From Deferrisomatales bacterium (GTDB lineage: Bacteria > Desulfobacterota > Deferrisomatia > Deferrisomatales > JACRMM01): DNA of 24,487 nucleotides. Shown here one piece after another: positions 1-9,507 of the stretch. The stretch is taken from contig JAWSUI010000055.1 in assembly GCA_033551855.1 (NCBI GenBank), forward strand, positions 1-24,487, written 5' to 3'. The notes below the pieces were generated by a model. The model was not told the origin of the DNA. It searched no databases and worked only from the letters and a program-made list of their open reading frames with translations. Position numbers and translations under genes: made by a program. The first letter of the stretch is position 1. Each line of letters begins with the position of its first letter.

Positions 1-166
1 CCTGTCTCAAACCTGAACAGGACGTTTCGGGGAGGCAGCGGGAATTGCTGCACCTACACTCATGCCATGCGCAAACAAGGTCGAGTTGCTCAGGATGCCC
101 TGCTATGCCGTCCCTCGTTAAATGGCGAGCCCCTATGGCAAATCAAGTCTCCCTAAATGTAGCTTG

Positions 167-1495
167 TTAAAGCATGTTCTCGTTAATAACAAATCTGGTC
201 TTTCCTTGCTCGTGAGGAATCTCATTAACGTATTTTAGTTGAAATGGGAGTCCCTGCAAACGTTCTTCCAGCGTTCTTCCAACGTTGACAACTTCATTAC
301 GTGATTCGGAATGGTGTGAATTCAAAACGACACGCAACTCAACTCTTAAGTCGCGGTACTGGTAAACCTGGAAACCAGAAACTGCCTCCGGGTAATCATC
401 GAAAATCGTTGTCAGATAGTCACCTGCAATAACCCCGTTAGGTAATGTGAAACAATCTGTCACTCTACCCCTGACTGTCTCTATCCTTGGAGAATGGTTT
501 TCGCATAAACAATCACCCGATACATATGCGGAGCGGTCACCAAGCGCATACCGAATGATTGGAAAGCGATAGTCAATCGCATTTGTGATCAGAATATCCC
601 CAACTTGCCCAAGCCTACACCGGTTTTGATTCTCATCCACTATCTCAATTCTCCGTATGCTATGGAATGCGTGCAGGCCCTCTTGTGCTTGACATTCCAT
701 GGCAAGCCACGGGACTTCACAGCAACCATATTGATCATACACTTTACACTTAAAAGTGCGCTCCATCGCAGCACGTTGAAATTCAGCCAAGGGAGAGGAC
801 GTGGCTATAATAGCTTTTAAGGTTGGGAGCACGAGATCTGCATCTGATAAAAACTTCGAAAACTCGTAGATCCCACCGCCATAGCCATAGATGTACGTCG
901 CTTTGGAATGTTTCAGGTCAGGATAAAAACGTTGCATGGTCTCCGATGTAATGGTCTTGGCGTCCAGGTAAGCTGTTTTCGTCAAATTATACAGACAAGC
1001 AATATTGTATTTCCAGTCAAATTTTGGCAAGATGCGCCCAACTACGCCGTGATTGTCCGCCAGTGATACTCCCAAATCGCAAACCCTGTGCCAGCCGAGC
1101 GCTTTCCCCGGCAAACCTGGATCCCTGTAAAAGCGGACCGGCTCTCCAGTGCTGCCTCCTGTTGCACTCGTAGCAAGATTGTCAAGACTATCATCCTGCC
1201 GAATCATTTCATGCGCGTGGTTCCTTACTTCGTGTTTGGTAAGTATCGGTAACCGGGCGAACGCCGCATCATCCTTGATATCCCCAACTTCTATCCCGGC
1301 AGAGGTATACTTCTTCATATAGAACGGTATGGTCGTGATTGCATAGCGTGCCAGTTGCAGGCACCGTCGCGTATTTATTGACTGCAACTCGTCCGCTGAA
1401 ATCTTCGCTTCATCGGCCAAGGTTCTTAACCAATGCCGCGCCATTGGATGTCGAAACGATAGTTTCTTGCAGAAATACAAATCCTTGATGCTCAT
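167..1495 (-). CDS. Phenylacetate-CoA ligase-like / CapK-family adenylate-forming protein of polysaccharide loci
   Basis: 442 aa; LPILTK, TGGSTGEP (adenylation P-loop), YDQYGCCE, IRYALGD, VRGRVTD and C-terminal GKTRFV motifs typical of PaaK/CapK-like proteins; GGAG upstream of ATG. Confidence 0.85.
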   Translation of the reverse strand: MSIKDLYFCKKLSFRHPMARHWLRTLADEAKISADELQSINTRRCLQLARYAITTIPFYMKKYTSAGIEVGDIKDDAAFARLPILTKHEVRNHAHEMIRQDDSLDNLATSATGGSTGEPVRFYRDPGLPGKALGWHRVCDLGVSLADNHGVVGRILPKFDWKYNIACLYNLTKTAYLDAKTITSETMQRFYPDLKHSKATYIYGYGGGIYEFSKFLSDADLVLPTLKAIIATSSPLAEFQRAAMERTFKCKVYDQYGCCEVPWLAMECQAQEGLHAFHSIRRIEIVDENQNRCRLGQVGDILITNAIDYRFPIIRYALGDRSAYVSGDCLCENHSPRIETVRGRVTDCFTLPNGVIAGDYLTTIFDDYPEAVSGFQVYQYRDLRVELRVVLNSHHSESRNEVVNVGRTLEERLQGLPFQLKYVNEIPHEQGKTRFVINENML

Positions 1496-1591
1496 GCCGC
1501 TAACGCTCCGCGATGAAACGGATGCCGATCGACAAATCTCTGCAATGGATTCCCGGACAGCCAGACGCCGGCCCCTGGATATTTCCGCAGT

Positions 1592-2848
1592 TCATTGCCC
1601 GGCGTCTAATGCCGATGCCACAGAGGAGTTGGACTCCGTGGTAATGTATGTCAATTTGTAAACCACTGCTGTATAAATCCAAAAGATATATCTGGGTGTT
1701 GCGACGTTGCCTGCAAGCATGGCAACCGCATAGCCGCAAAATCCGGCTAGATATCCAGCATAGACCAATAGAGCGAAGCGGTTTGGTGAAGACCGAAGCT
1801 GCCTAAGCAGATGTGAGAAAATCCTTGAAAGCAGAAATACAAATATCGACAATCCAATCAAGCCTTGCTCGACCATGTATGTAAGATATGCGTTATGCGC
1901 ACTGAACCCCAGTTGAAATCGTTTGGTGTTGAGGGGTAAAAAAGTGTTCTGGCCATGACCATAGATTGGACTGTCCAAGAACAGAAGCAGCCCGTTCTTC
2001 CATATCTGTGTGCGCCCAGAGGTATATTCATAAACATCTTCAGCACCTTGTGGATTTAGCCGTTCCGCAAAGACTCCCTTGACCTGGGACGGCAGCGCCA
2101 CAACGGCAACGCTGGCGATAATGGAAAGGGAAACAATACCGACTATGATAAGCCGAGTTGGATACATTTTTCGAACGATAATGAGATAGGTAAACATAGC
2201 AAATACAAAGGAAATAACACCACTTCTGGAGCCGGTCCTGAGAAGACTTATCATCGATACGGCAAACAATACCCAAGCTGCACCACGAATCCAACTTCTT
2301 TGACCGAGCAATCCGAGACTGAATAGCAATGGCATGAACATAACGAGATATACCGCATAAACGTTTACGTTGCCAAATCCTCCGATCCGCCACCCTGCAC
2401 TTCGGACGCCGGGGAGTTCAATATTACCGAGCGCAGCGACAAGAGGGGTAATCGTTGTAGCTGCCAATAAAACAAGGAGGCCTGCCAGGGACAAGTAACA
2501 GGTTGATTCCTTGTTGAGAGTATTGAATACGGCAAGGAAGACGAGAAGTGGAATTGACCAATTTATGAGATCAAGAGATTCCTTCAAGAGTGACGTTGGA
2601 ATCTCCCCAATAACCAGTTTGATTAAGATGGATGTAAAGGCCATAAATGTAGTGAGCACAATGGGTGTGTGTAGATTGTTAGACAGGAAGAGTTTGTGTC
2701 TCCTTCCAGCTTCCAGAAGCCAAGCCACCAGAACGAAATACATGGACATATTCGTGAGACTAAAGCCACGTATGTCGGAGAACGAAATGCGATATACATT
2801 TTCAGCCCAGAAGGCAAATAGCAAGAAATATATCAGGAGGGCTTTCAT
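1592..2848 (-). CDS. O-antigen ligase / Wzy polymerase family membrane protein
   Basis: 418 aa with many hydrophobic segments; TGSRSG, SGRTQIW, PIYGHG and AHNAYL motifs of the Wzy_C family; start overlaps the upstream stop (TAATG). Confidence 0.85.
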   Translation of the reverse strand: MKALLIYFLLFAFWAENVYRISFSDIRGFSLTNMSMYFVLVAWLLEAGRRHKLFLSNNLHTPIVLTTFMAFTSILIKLVIGEIPTSLLKESLDLINWSIPLLVFLAVFNTLNKESTCYLSLAGLLVLLAATTITPLVAALGNIELPGVRSAGWRIGGFGNVNVYAVYLVMFMPLLFSLGLLGQRSWIRGAAWVLFAVSMISLLRTGSRSGVISFVFAMFTYLIIVRKMYPTRLIIVGIVSLSIIASVAVVALPSQVKGVFAERLNPQGAEDVYEYTSGRTQIWKNGLLLFLDSPIYGHGQNTFLPLNTKRFQLGFSAHNAYLTYMVEQGLIGLSIFVFLLSRIFSHLLRQLRSSPNRFALLVYAGYLAGFCGYAVAMLAGNVATPRYIFWIYTAVVYKLTYITTESNSSVASALDAGQ

Positions 2849-4137
2849 TAGCTGGTTCGCCTTGTTGTAATGCTCAAAGGTGGTGGAGTGGGAAGTAGTA
2901 AAGCTTGAATGATGTTTGCGTAGCGCTCACCGAGCTGTTTCCATTGGAAGGCTGCGGTTTCTGCGAAGCTGTAACCGCTTGTCTTTCTGAGAATCGTAGA
3001 AAGTGCATCCTTGGTCGAGATGGGGGCGTCAATAATGCCGAGCTCTCCGCAATGGACGTGTTCCATGAACGCAGCGACCGCAGAATTCCGGGGAGCGATC
3101 GCCAGTATGGGCCGTTGAGCGGCCAAGTAATCGAAGAGCTTGTACGGAAGCGCGTAGGTCACGTCTTCTCCGGAGAGTAAGAACAGAATATCTGCTCCTT
3201 TCATGTAGCGCAGAATGGTTGTGTGATCGACTTTTGAATGTTCCCGTATGAGGTGTTCTTGATCTAGCTCGCGAAGGAGGTTGCGATCCTCGACGGAGAG
3301 CGTTCCGAAGATGTGGATGCGGACGCTGTCTGCGGAGACCGAGCCTTCTCGGATGAGCTCGTCGAGCGGTTTGAGGAGCAGGCCCAGCTTTCGGTCCCCG
3401 TAGAAGGTGCCCGCATAGAGCAGGTTGACCTTCCCTGCGTCGAGGTAGAGGGGCTCGAGCTCTGCCGTCGGGTGATAGCCGTTGGTGATGACGTGGAGGG
3501 GGGCGCGGGTGTAGGGGCCGAGGATTCGCTGGAAGTGACGGCGCATGTCTTCCGTGACGAACACGATCGCGGAGGCGCTTCGGACAACCCGCTTTTCGAG
3601 CCATCGGGTGAGGGGTGTGGTGCGGTTGACTCCGCGCCGCGTCGGCCAGTCGTATCCCGACAAGGGGTCGCGGTAATCGATGATGAGTCGGGCTCCGGTG
3701 AAACGGCTCAGAAGAGCCCCCATCAACACGGAGGTGAAATAAGGGGTCGTCGCGATGACGACGCCGACCTTGTGTCTTCGGATGAGTCGGTACCCTGTGA
3801 AGAGACCGGTCAAGAGCCAGCTCACGTAAGGGTCCGGAATGCCGATGTACCTCTGAAGGAGCCGCAAATAGATCTTCTTGACCGTGGAGTCGGGAGTCAC
3901 GGGGTAGGGAAGAGGGAGACGAGATCGGTACACGTGCTTCAGGCAGGGTAGGCTTGTGTCCAGCTTTGTGGAATCTCTCTGTGCCAGCGTGAGGACACGG
4001 ACGTCGAGCCCTTGCCTGTGCAACTCTTCCGACAGAAACGTGAATCGCTTGGCTCCCACGACGTCGTTGGGTGCGTAAGCGGAGGAGATCACGAGAACCC
4101 CGTTTCCGAGAGACTGCATGCGTTTGCGCCTGTTCAC
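2848..4137 (-). CDS. Glycosyltransferase family 4 (GT-B fold)
   Basis: 429 aa; IIDYRDP, VITNGY, LYAGTFY, PYKLFDYLAAQRPIL motifs; start may be GTG 4137 or ATG 4119. Confidence 0.85.
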   Translation of the reverse strand: MNRRKRMQSLGNGVLVISSAYAPNDVVGAKRFTFLSEELHRQGLDVRVLTLAQRDSTKLDTSLPCLKHVYRSRLPLPYPVTPDSTVKKIYLRLLQRYIGIPDPYVSWLLTGLFTGYRLIRRHKVGVVIATTPYFTSVLMGALLSRFTGARLIIDYRDPLSGYDWPTRRGVNRTTPLTRWLEKRVVRSASAIVFVTEDMRRHFQRILGPYTRAPLHVITNGYHPTAELEPLYLDAGKVNLLYAGTFYGDRKLGLLLKPLDELIREGSVSADSVRIHIFGTLSVEDRNLLRELDQEHLIREHSKVDHTTILRYMKGADILFLLSGEDVTYALPYKLFDYLAAQRPILAIAPRNSAVAAFMEHVHCGELGIIDAPISTKDALSTILRKTSGYSFAETAAFQWKQLGERYANIIQALLLPTPPPLSITTRRTS

Positions 4138-4158
4138 GTTTCGATGGCCTGAGCGGTC

Positions 4159-5592
4159 TCACCGCCGGATCAGGCTGATGACTTCCCGCAAGAGGACCCG
4201 GTTCGCCACCAGCGTGGTGCAGAGATAAGCGGTCACGCCCGTAGCGACCCCCAGAAGCAGAGTCACCACGGGCTCCATTGTTGCCGCGGCCAAGCCGAGG
4301 CGGGAGAGGGCTACCACGGCATACATCGCGGCGCCCGTGAGAACGGAGGGGAAGACCGCGGCGAAGTAGTCGCGATAGGCCACGCCGAGGACCGGCAGGG
4401 ACCTCCGGAGCATGATCCCGAAGTAGACCGGGTACGCGCACACCCAGGCGAGAGCCACCCCCGTCACCCCCCAGCGCGTGCCCGCGAGGAAGGCGGCGGG
4501 CATGATCGCCATGGCGAAAAGCAGGTTGACGACGTTGACGCCGGGCCTGCCGATGCCCAGCAGCGCCGGTGTGTTGATGGCGTTCAGTTTCCGGAGGGGC
4601 ACGACCAGCGCGAGCAGTTGCAGCGGCACGACGGCGTGGCTCCACTTGTCGCCGAGGATCACGGGGACGGCGTCGGGGGCGATCGCGGAGATGCCGAAGA
4701 ACACGGGAAACGAGAAGAAGCTCATCAGCCGGGCGGCCTTGCAGTAATGGGATCGGAAGGCCCGCCGGTCCCCCTGGACCTTCGAGTAGGCGGAAAAACC
4801 GACTTCGTTCAGGACGCCGCCGAGCCTGTCCACCGCCGTCGAAGCCAATTTCTTCGCCACCGAGTAGACGCCGAGGACCTCGTTGCCGAGCACCCGGCCG
4901 ACGATCAACACGTCCGACTGGGTGTACAAGTACCAGAGGATGCGGTCGGCGGTCAGGAGCCCGCCGAAGGTCGCCTGCCGGCGCATGCCGTGAAGGGAGA
5001 ACCGCGGGCGCACCCAGACGCGGGACGCGAGATAGGTGCCGATCACCTCGGCGACGCCCCCGCCCAGGATCCCGAAGACCAGGGCCCAGACGCCGTGCCC
5101 GAGGAGCGCGAACGTAAGCGTGGTGAGGCTTCCCGCGAGCATCCCCGCGAGGTCGACCAGGGATTTTCGGCGAAAGAGCATCTCGCGCCGCAGCATGGCC
5201 CGCGGGACCACGAGGAGCGCGATGAGGGGAAGCCGAAGGGCGAGCACCCGGACGATGGGGACGACCCGGGGCTCGCCGAAGAACGCCCCCACGAGCGGGG
5301 CGGCGGCGAAGAGGGCCCCGTAGAGGCCGAGGTTCACGAGGAGGAGGAGGCCGAAGACCTGCTCCATCTCCCTCCGGCCGAGGTCTCGCTGCTGCACGAG
5401 TGCCGCCCCCAGGCCCATCTCGTTGAGCAGCACGATGAGCCCGAGGACCACGCTGGCCATCGCCATCAGGCCGTAGTCCCGGGGGTCGAGGATGCGGATG
5501 ACGACCAGGCCGCTGGCCGCGGCAAATGCCTGGCCCACCATCCGCGCCGAGACGAGCCACTTGAGGGAAGAAACGACCTGCCTACCGATCAC
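4159..5592 (-). CDS. wzx: Wzx-type polysaccharide flippase (PST family)
   Basis: 477 aa, about 12-14 TM segments; RILDPRDYGL, GLGAALVQ, GVWALV, LGVYSVA motifs resembling WzxC; GGAG upstream of GTG. Confidence 0.9.
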   Translation of the reverse strand: MIGRQVVSSLKWLVSARMVGQAFAAASGLVVIRILDPRDYGLMAMASVVLGLIVLLNEMGLGAALVQQRDLGRREMEQVFGLLLLVNLGLYGALFAAAPLVGAFFGEPRVVPIVRVLALRLPLIALLVVPRAMLRREMLFRRKSLVDLAGMLAGSLTTLTFALLGHGVWALVFGILGGGVAEVIGTYLASRVWVRPRFSLHGMRRQATFGGLLTADRILWYLYTQSDVLIVGRVLGNEVLGVYSVAKKLASTAVDRLGGVLNEVGFSAYSKVQGDRRAFRSHYCKAARLMSFFSFPVFFGISAIAPDAVPVILGDKWSHAVVPLQLLALVVPLRKLNAINTPALLGIGRPGVNVVNLLFAMAIMPAAFLAGTRWGVTGVALAWVCAYPVYFGIMLRRSLPVLGVAYRDYFAAVFPSVLTGAAMYAVVALSRLGLAAATMEPVVTLLLGVATGVTAYLCTTLVANRVLLREVISLIRR

Positions 5593-5656
5593 GCTCTAGA
5601 TCTCCATCTCGTCCGGCCTTCGTCCTGCCGCCGGGAACCGTCGGGGCCCGATCGCC

Positions 5657-5770
5657 GGCCCTTCCGGAAACTCAGTGGGTCAATCAAGGGCAAGAACGAT
5701 CTCGCGCAGAGCCGCTGGGACGCGGAGGAATTCTTTGTCTTTCCCGGCGCCTCTGCGCCTCCGCGCGAGA
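5657..5770 (+). repeat. Dispersed ~95-115 bp intergenic repeat, copy 1
   Basis: 37-nt head CCCTTCCGGAAACTCAGTGGGTCAATCAAGGGCAAGA identical at 13779 and (reverse) near 23461-23497; followed by imperfect hairpin TCTCGCGCAGAGCCGCTGGGACGCGGAG...CCCGGCGCCTCTGCGCCTCCGCGCGAGA. Confidence 0.9.
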
Positions 5771-5903
5771 ACACGATGGTTCCTCGCACCCATAGAAAAC
5801 CCGGAAGCTCCCGATCGCCAGCCGGGCAGGGCGCAGGGGCCGCACCGGGACGCCGCCCCCCGGATCGCGAGGTGCCGGCTCTCGGGCACCGCCGAAGAAC
5901 GGC

Positions 5904-7163
5904 TCATGGGGAGCCGAGCCGCGGGGTCGGGGACTCGGATTCTCCGCCCCCCCGGCTTTCGGGGCAAGCTCCCCGGCTTCCCCCCCGCCGGAGCGTGGCC
6001 TCCAGCGTGTTGGCGTCGATCAGGAACTTCGCCGCCCAGTTCAGGTACTGGTACCTCCCGTACGCTCCGTCCACGGGAAACGAGCCCTTCACCCCGCCGC
6101 GGACGTCCGGCGCACCGGTCACGCTCACGGTGCGGCGCACGAGGGCGTTCGCCGCGAAGCCGGCGTCCCGGTACCGGGTTTCCCCGGTGTGGGCGTAGAG
6201 GAGGAGCCAACAGTGGGCGATCTGGGCGCTCCCGGTCAAGCAGGACCAGGCGACGGCCGGCTGCCACCGCTCGTCGAGCCTTCCGGGCAGGCGGCCGTGC
6301 CTCTCCAGCACCCCCGCGAGCGCGTCGGCGGTGAGGCGCGCCCGGGAGAGCAGCTGCGGATCGCCGTCGTAGGCATAGGCCTCGAGGACGCCGCGGAGCG
6401 CGTAGCCGATCGTGTGGGTGAGGGGCCTCTCCGGGTCGTTCAGGCAACAACTGTCGAACCAGCCGTTGCCGCGCTGGTGGGAGAGCGCCCACCGGACGTT
6501 GGCCAGGGCGCTCTCGGCGTAGGGTGAGCCCGGCGTCCGGCGGGCTGCCTCGAGGAGGCCCCAGGCCACGTGGGTGTCGTAGGTCTTCGCCCCGGCCTTC
6601 ACGAAGGGCGACGGGTGGCCGCTCCAGCTGCCGTCGGGGCTCTGGGACCGGACCAGCCACTCGGCCGCCCGCTCCATGGGCTGCCGGTAGACCGCCCAGC
6701 GCTTCGCCCCGGCCGCGAGCCCCAGCAGGATTTGGCCCGTGTTGAAGGTGACGGGGACGCGGGGGGTCGAGCCGATGGACCCGCCCTGGAACCCCCCTTC
6801 CGGGAACTGGATCGACACCAGCCAGTCGAGCATGCGCCGAGCGCGCCGGATCCATTCGGGATCGCCCCGCGCCTCCCCCTGCTCGAGCATCGTCGGGACG
6901 ATGTATCCGGTGGTCTCGGGGTAGGACGCGGCCCACCCGTCGATCAGCGAGTAGTGGCGGCTCACGCCTCCGTCGCCGCTCCGGGAACAGTCCTGGGCCC
7001 GGCCCAGCCAGCCCAGCGCGGCCTCTACCGCCGCCTCTGCGCCCGGGTCCACCTCCGGGAGCCCTTGCCGGTCGCGGGAGCGCTCCGCCCTGGCCGCCGG
7101 GGAGAGCCTTCGCTCGTCGCGCCACCGGCGGAGGGGGCTCAAGAGGGTGTCCTTCATGCGCAT
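5904..7163 (-). CDS. Uncharacterised prenyltransferase/squalene-cyclase-repeat-like ((alpha/alpha)-barrel) protein with SYPETTGY motif
   Basis: Repeated WLxxxQxxxGxW/F motifs (WLVSIQFPEGGF, WLVRSQSPDGSW, WALSHQRGNGWF); start set at ATG 7163 because AAGGA lies 8 nt upstream; 419 aa. Confidence 0.75.
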   Translation of the reverse strand: MRMKDTLLSPLRRWRDERRLSPAARAERSRDRQGLPEVDPGAEAAVEAALGWLGRAQDCSRSGDGGVSRHYSLIDGWAASYPETTGYIVPTMLEQGEARGDPEWIRRARRMLDWLVSIQFPEGGFQGGSIGSTPRVPVTFNTGQILLGLAAGAKRWAVYRQPMERAAEWLVRSQSPDGSWSGHPSPFVKAGAKTYDTHVAWGLLEAARRTPGSPYAESALANVRWALSHQRGNGWFDSCCLNDPERPLTHTIGYALRGVLEAYAYDGDPQLLSRARLTADALAGVLERHGRLPGRLDERWQPAVAWSCLTGSAQIAHCWLLLYAHTGETRYRDAGFAANALVRRTVSVTGAPDVRGGVKGSFPVDGAYGRYQYLNWAAKFLIDANTLEATLRRGGSRGACPESRGGGESESPTPRLGSP

Positions 7164-7248
7164 GTCCGTATTCCTTCGGGCGTCGGTCCCCGATCCGCCG
7201 TGGCGAACTTCCCAGGTCCTCTTGGAGGCGGAGCGGGCCGTCCTCCAC

Positions 7249-9507
7249 TCATGCGAAATATCTGGCATGGATCGCCAACCCCGTCGCGACCCAGGCGGCG
7301 GCAGCGGCGATGCGCAGGGGCATGCGATAGCGCTCGGTGAACCGCCCGTAGACGAAGAAGAAGACCTCCTGGGCGAGGAGCAGGTAGAGCAGTGCGACGG
7401 TCAGACGGACTCGGAGGCCCCTTGATTCCCGAAACTTCGGACCGTACTTCTCGCCCGCGGCAGCAAAAGCGCGGTCGATCCTCTCCCTCTCGGCGGACAC
7501 CTCCGGGCCGGGACGCAGTTCGACGGTCTGGTCTGCCTCGGCGAGGTTTCCCCCGGACAGCGTGAGCTCGTTCCCGGCACGGGTGAACCGCAGCGGACCC
7601 CCGTCCTGCCCCACGACGAGCCCCCAGTCGCTCGGCCCTGCCCAGTGTTCCATTGCAACGTTCGGGGGCACCTCGGCGGGTGAGCCGACATCGTGGAGCC
7701 AGAAGACCACGGCGGACCACGACCCGGAGGAGCGCTGGTCCACGCGCACGGCGAATGCCGGTCGAGCCTTGTTGTGAGCATCGATGGCCCAGCCGGCAGC
7801 CGGGTCGAGCGAGCCTCGGTGCACGCTCCAACCGTGGCCGTCGGAGCCGAGAAACCACGCTGCCGCACCAACGGGGCCTTCCGCCGCCAGTAGGCGAAGC
7901 GGCTGGTCGGCGGGGCCACCGCTCAGCTCCATCTGGGGATCGAAGGTCCAAAGCGTCTCGACCGGTCGCGCAACCGGGTCCTCGAACGAGTCGACGATCA
8001 CCCAGAATCCTTCGGAGAGGGTTATGACTTGTCGGCGGACGCGGAACCCGTCGCGGTTCTCCCGCTGGACCTCGACCGCGGAGGCCAGCGGGGAGGAAGC
8101 GTGGCCGAGCACGGATGAGGCTCGGTCGCTGTCACGGGCTTCGCCCTGGAGGTGGGGGGCGTTGGAGCCGCCCCAGGAAAGGGCCCACGCCCGCCCTGGC
8201 GGTGGGCCCCCATAGGGCCAGTATCCGGTGCCGGTGAGCCACTCGACCCCACCGGCCCAGGCATTGACGCTGAGCTCGTCCGCCTGTTGGTGCCCGTAAC
8301 CGGGGAAATGCGACCAGTTGACCACCGTCTGTGCCCCCGCCGCCCCGGGCGCGCCAAGACCCGGCACACTCTGCCACCACGCGGCAAAACCCCCGACGGG
8401 ACAGAGCGTGAAGGGATCTGCCGGGGCCCACTCTCGCTGTCGGACCGGCCGATCGGCCTCTCCCAGCCGGTTTACCTGGGTCACAGTCGTTCCTCCCGCG
8501 GCCACCCTGACCTTCGTGTCGCCCAGCCGCGGCAGAGACCCGTCGGGGCGGATCAGCGCGGCGTGGAGCGCCTTCGCCTTCTCGTACCGGACCTGCCAGT
8601 TGGCGGGGATGGGCATCCCCGCCAGGGTCATGTAACGAAACGCCGTGGTCATCCTCTCCAGCCCGGAGTGGTGGTACTCCGCGGAGTGCTCTAGAACGGC
8701 CCCGTCGGGAGCCACGAGGTATTCCATCTGCTCGGCCAGACGCTCTCTCGCGAGTGCCGGGTAGAGCTCGAACGGCGGAAGTGCCGGGAAGCTGAGCGCC
8801 AGGTGGAAGAGTGCGAGGGTCTGGAACGTTCCGTGGTTGGTGGCAAACGTGTAGTGCTTCGGGTGCGCCAGCATGTTTCCCGTTCGGGCAACGAGCTTCA
8901 GGAACTGCTCGGCGTCCGCGTCGCGAAAGGCGGGGTGCCCCCGGTAGAGCCGCCAGAAGTTGGCGAGCGCGATGACCCGGGCGGCGACGGCGTGGTCGTT
9001 CCAGATGAATCCTCTCGGGATCCAGAGCGAGCGTTCGAACCGGTACCAGTCCAGAAAGAAATCCCGGGCGGCCAACAGGTAGGCGTCGTCCCCGGTCCGC
9101 TCGAAGGCGTCGAGGAGAATGCCCGGCAGCAGGAAGCTCGCGTACCGGAGCTGCCAGACCCCGGGCCCCGACACCAGGTCGCCGGGCTCGAAGGGGACCC
9201 CTATCGGCCGAGGTTCCCAGCCGGGCAGGGAGAATTCGCGGTGGAAGAGACGGTCCGCCGCTGCGAGGAGTTGGTCGGTCTCCAGACCTTCCGTTCGCGG
9301 GACCCCGAAGCTGAGCACTTGGAGCTCGGAAAAAAGCTCTTCCGAAGGCTGCTCCCGAGAGGCCGCGATGTCGGCCCGGCTGATCTTGGGCTCCGGGATG
9401 CGGTAGTGGACGACCACCGGGGCCCACAGCAGGCCGGCAATCACGAGGCCGGGGGCCGCCAAGGCTAGGGCAGTCCCCTTCGCGAGTCTAACGGGGTGTA
9501 GGGTCAT
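7249..9507 (-). CDS. Heparinase II/III-family polysaccharide lyase-like protein, membrane anchored
   Basis: 752 aa from MTLHPVRL; WNDH, TNHG, EHSAEYH, LPRLGD and GHQQADELS motifs; N-terminal TM plus two C-terminal hydrophobic helices; start overlaps the end of the upstream gene. Confidence 0.75.
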   Translation of the reverse strand: MTLHPVRLAKGTALALAAPGLVIAGLLWAPVVVHYRIPEPKISRADIAASREQPSEELFSELQVLSFGVPRTEGLETDQLLAAADRLFHREFSLPGWEPRPIGVPFEPGDLVSGPGVWQLRYASFLLPGILLDAFERTGDDAYLLAARDFFLDWYRFERSLWIPRGFIWNDHAVAARVIALANFWRLYRGHPAFRDADAEQFLKLVARTGNMLAHPKHYTFATNHGTFQTLALFHLALSFPALPPFELYPALARERLAEQMEYLVAPDGAVLEHSAEYHHSGLERMTTAFRYMTLAGMPIPANWQVRYEKAKALHAALIRPDGSLPRLGDTKVRVAAGGTTVTQVNRLGEADRPVRQREWAPADPFTLCPVGGFAAWWQSVPGLGAPGAAGAQTVVNWSHFPGYGHQQADELSVNAWAGGVEWLTGTGYWPYGGPPPGRAWALSWGGSNAPHLQGEARDSDRASSVLGHASSPLASAVEVQRENRDGFRVRRQVITLSEGFWVIVDSFEDPVARPVETLWTFDPQMELSGGPADQPLRLLAAEGPVGAAAWFLGSDGHGWSVHRGSLDPAAGWAIDAHNKARPAFAVRVDQRSSGSWSAVVFWLHDVGSPAEVPPNVAMEHWAGPSDWGLVVGQDGGPLRFTRAGNELTLSGGNLAEADQTVELRPGPEVSAERERIDRAFAAAGEKYGPKFRESRGLRVRLTVALLYLLLAQEVFFFVYGRFTERYRMPLRIAAAAAWVATGLAIHARYFA

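Noticed and set aside
1..166. Possible start of a downstream minus-strand gene
   Set aside because: The ATGs checked (63 and 68) hit stops within 20 codons; nothing supportable
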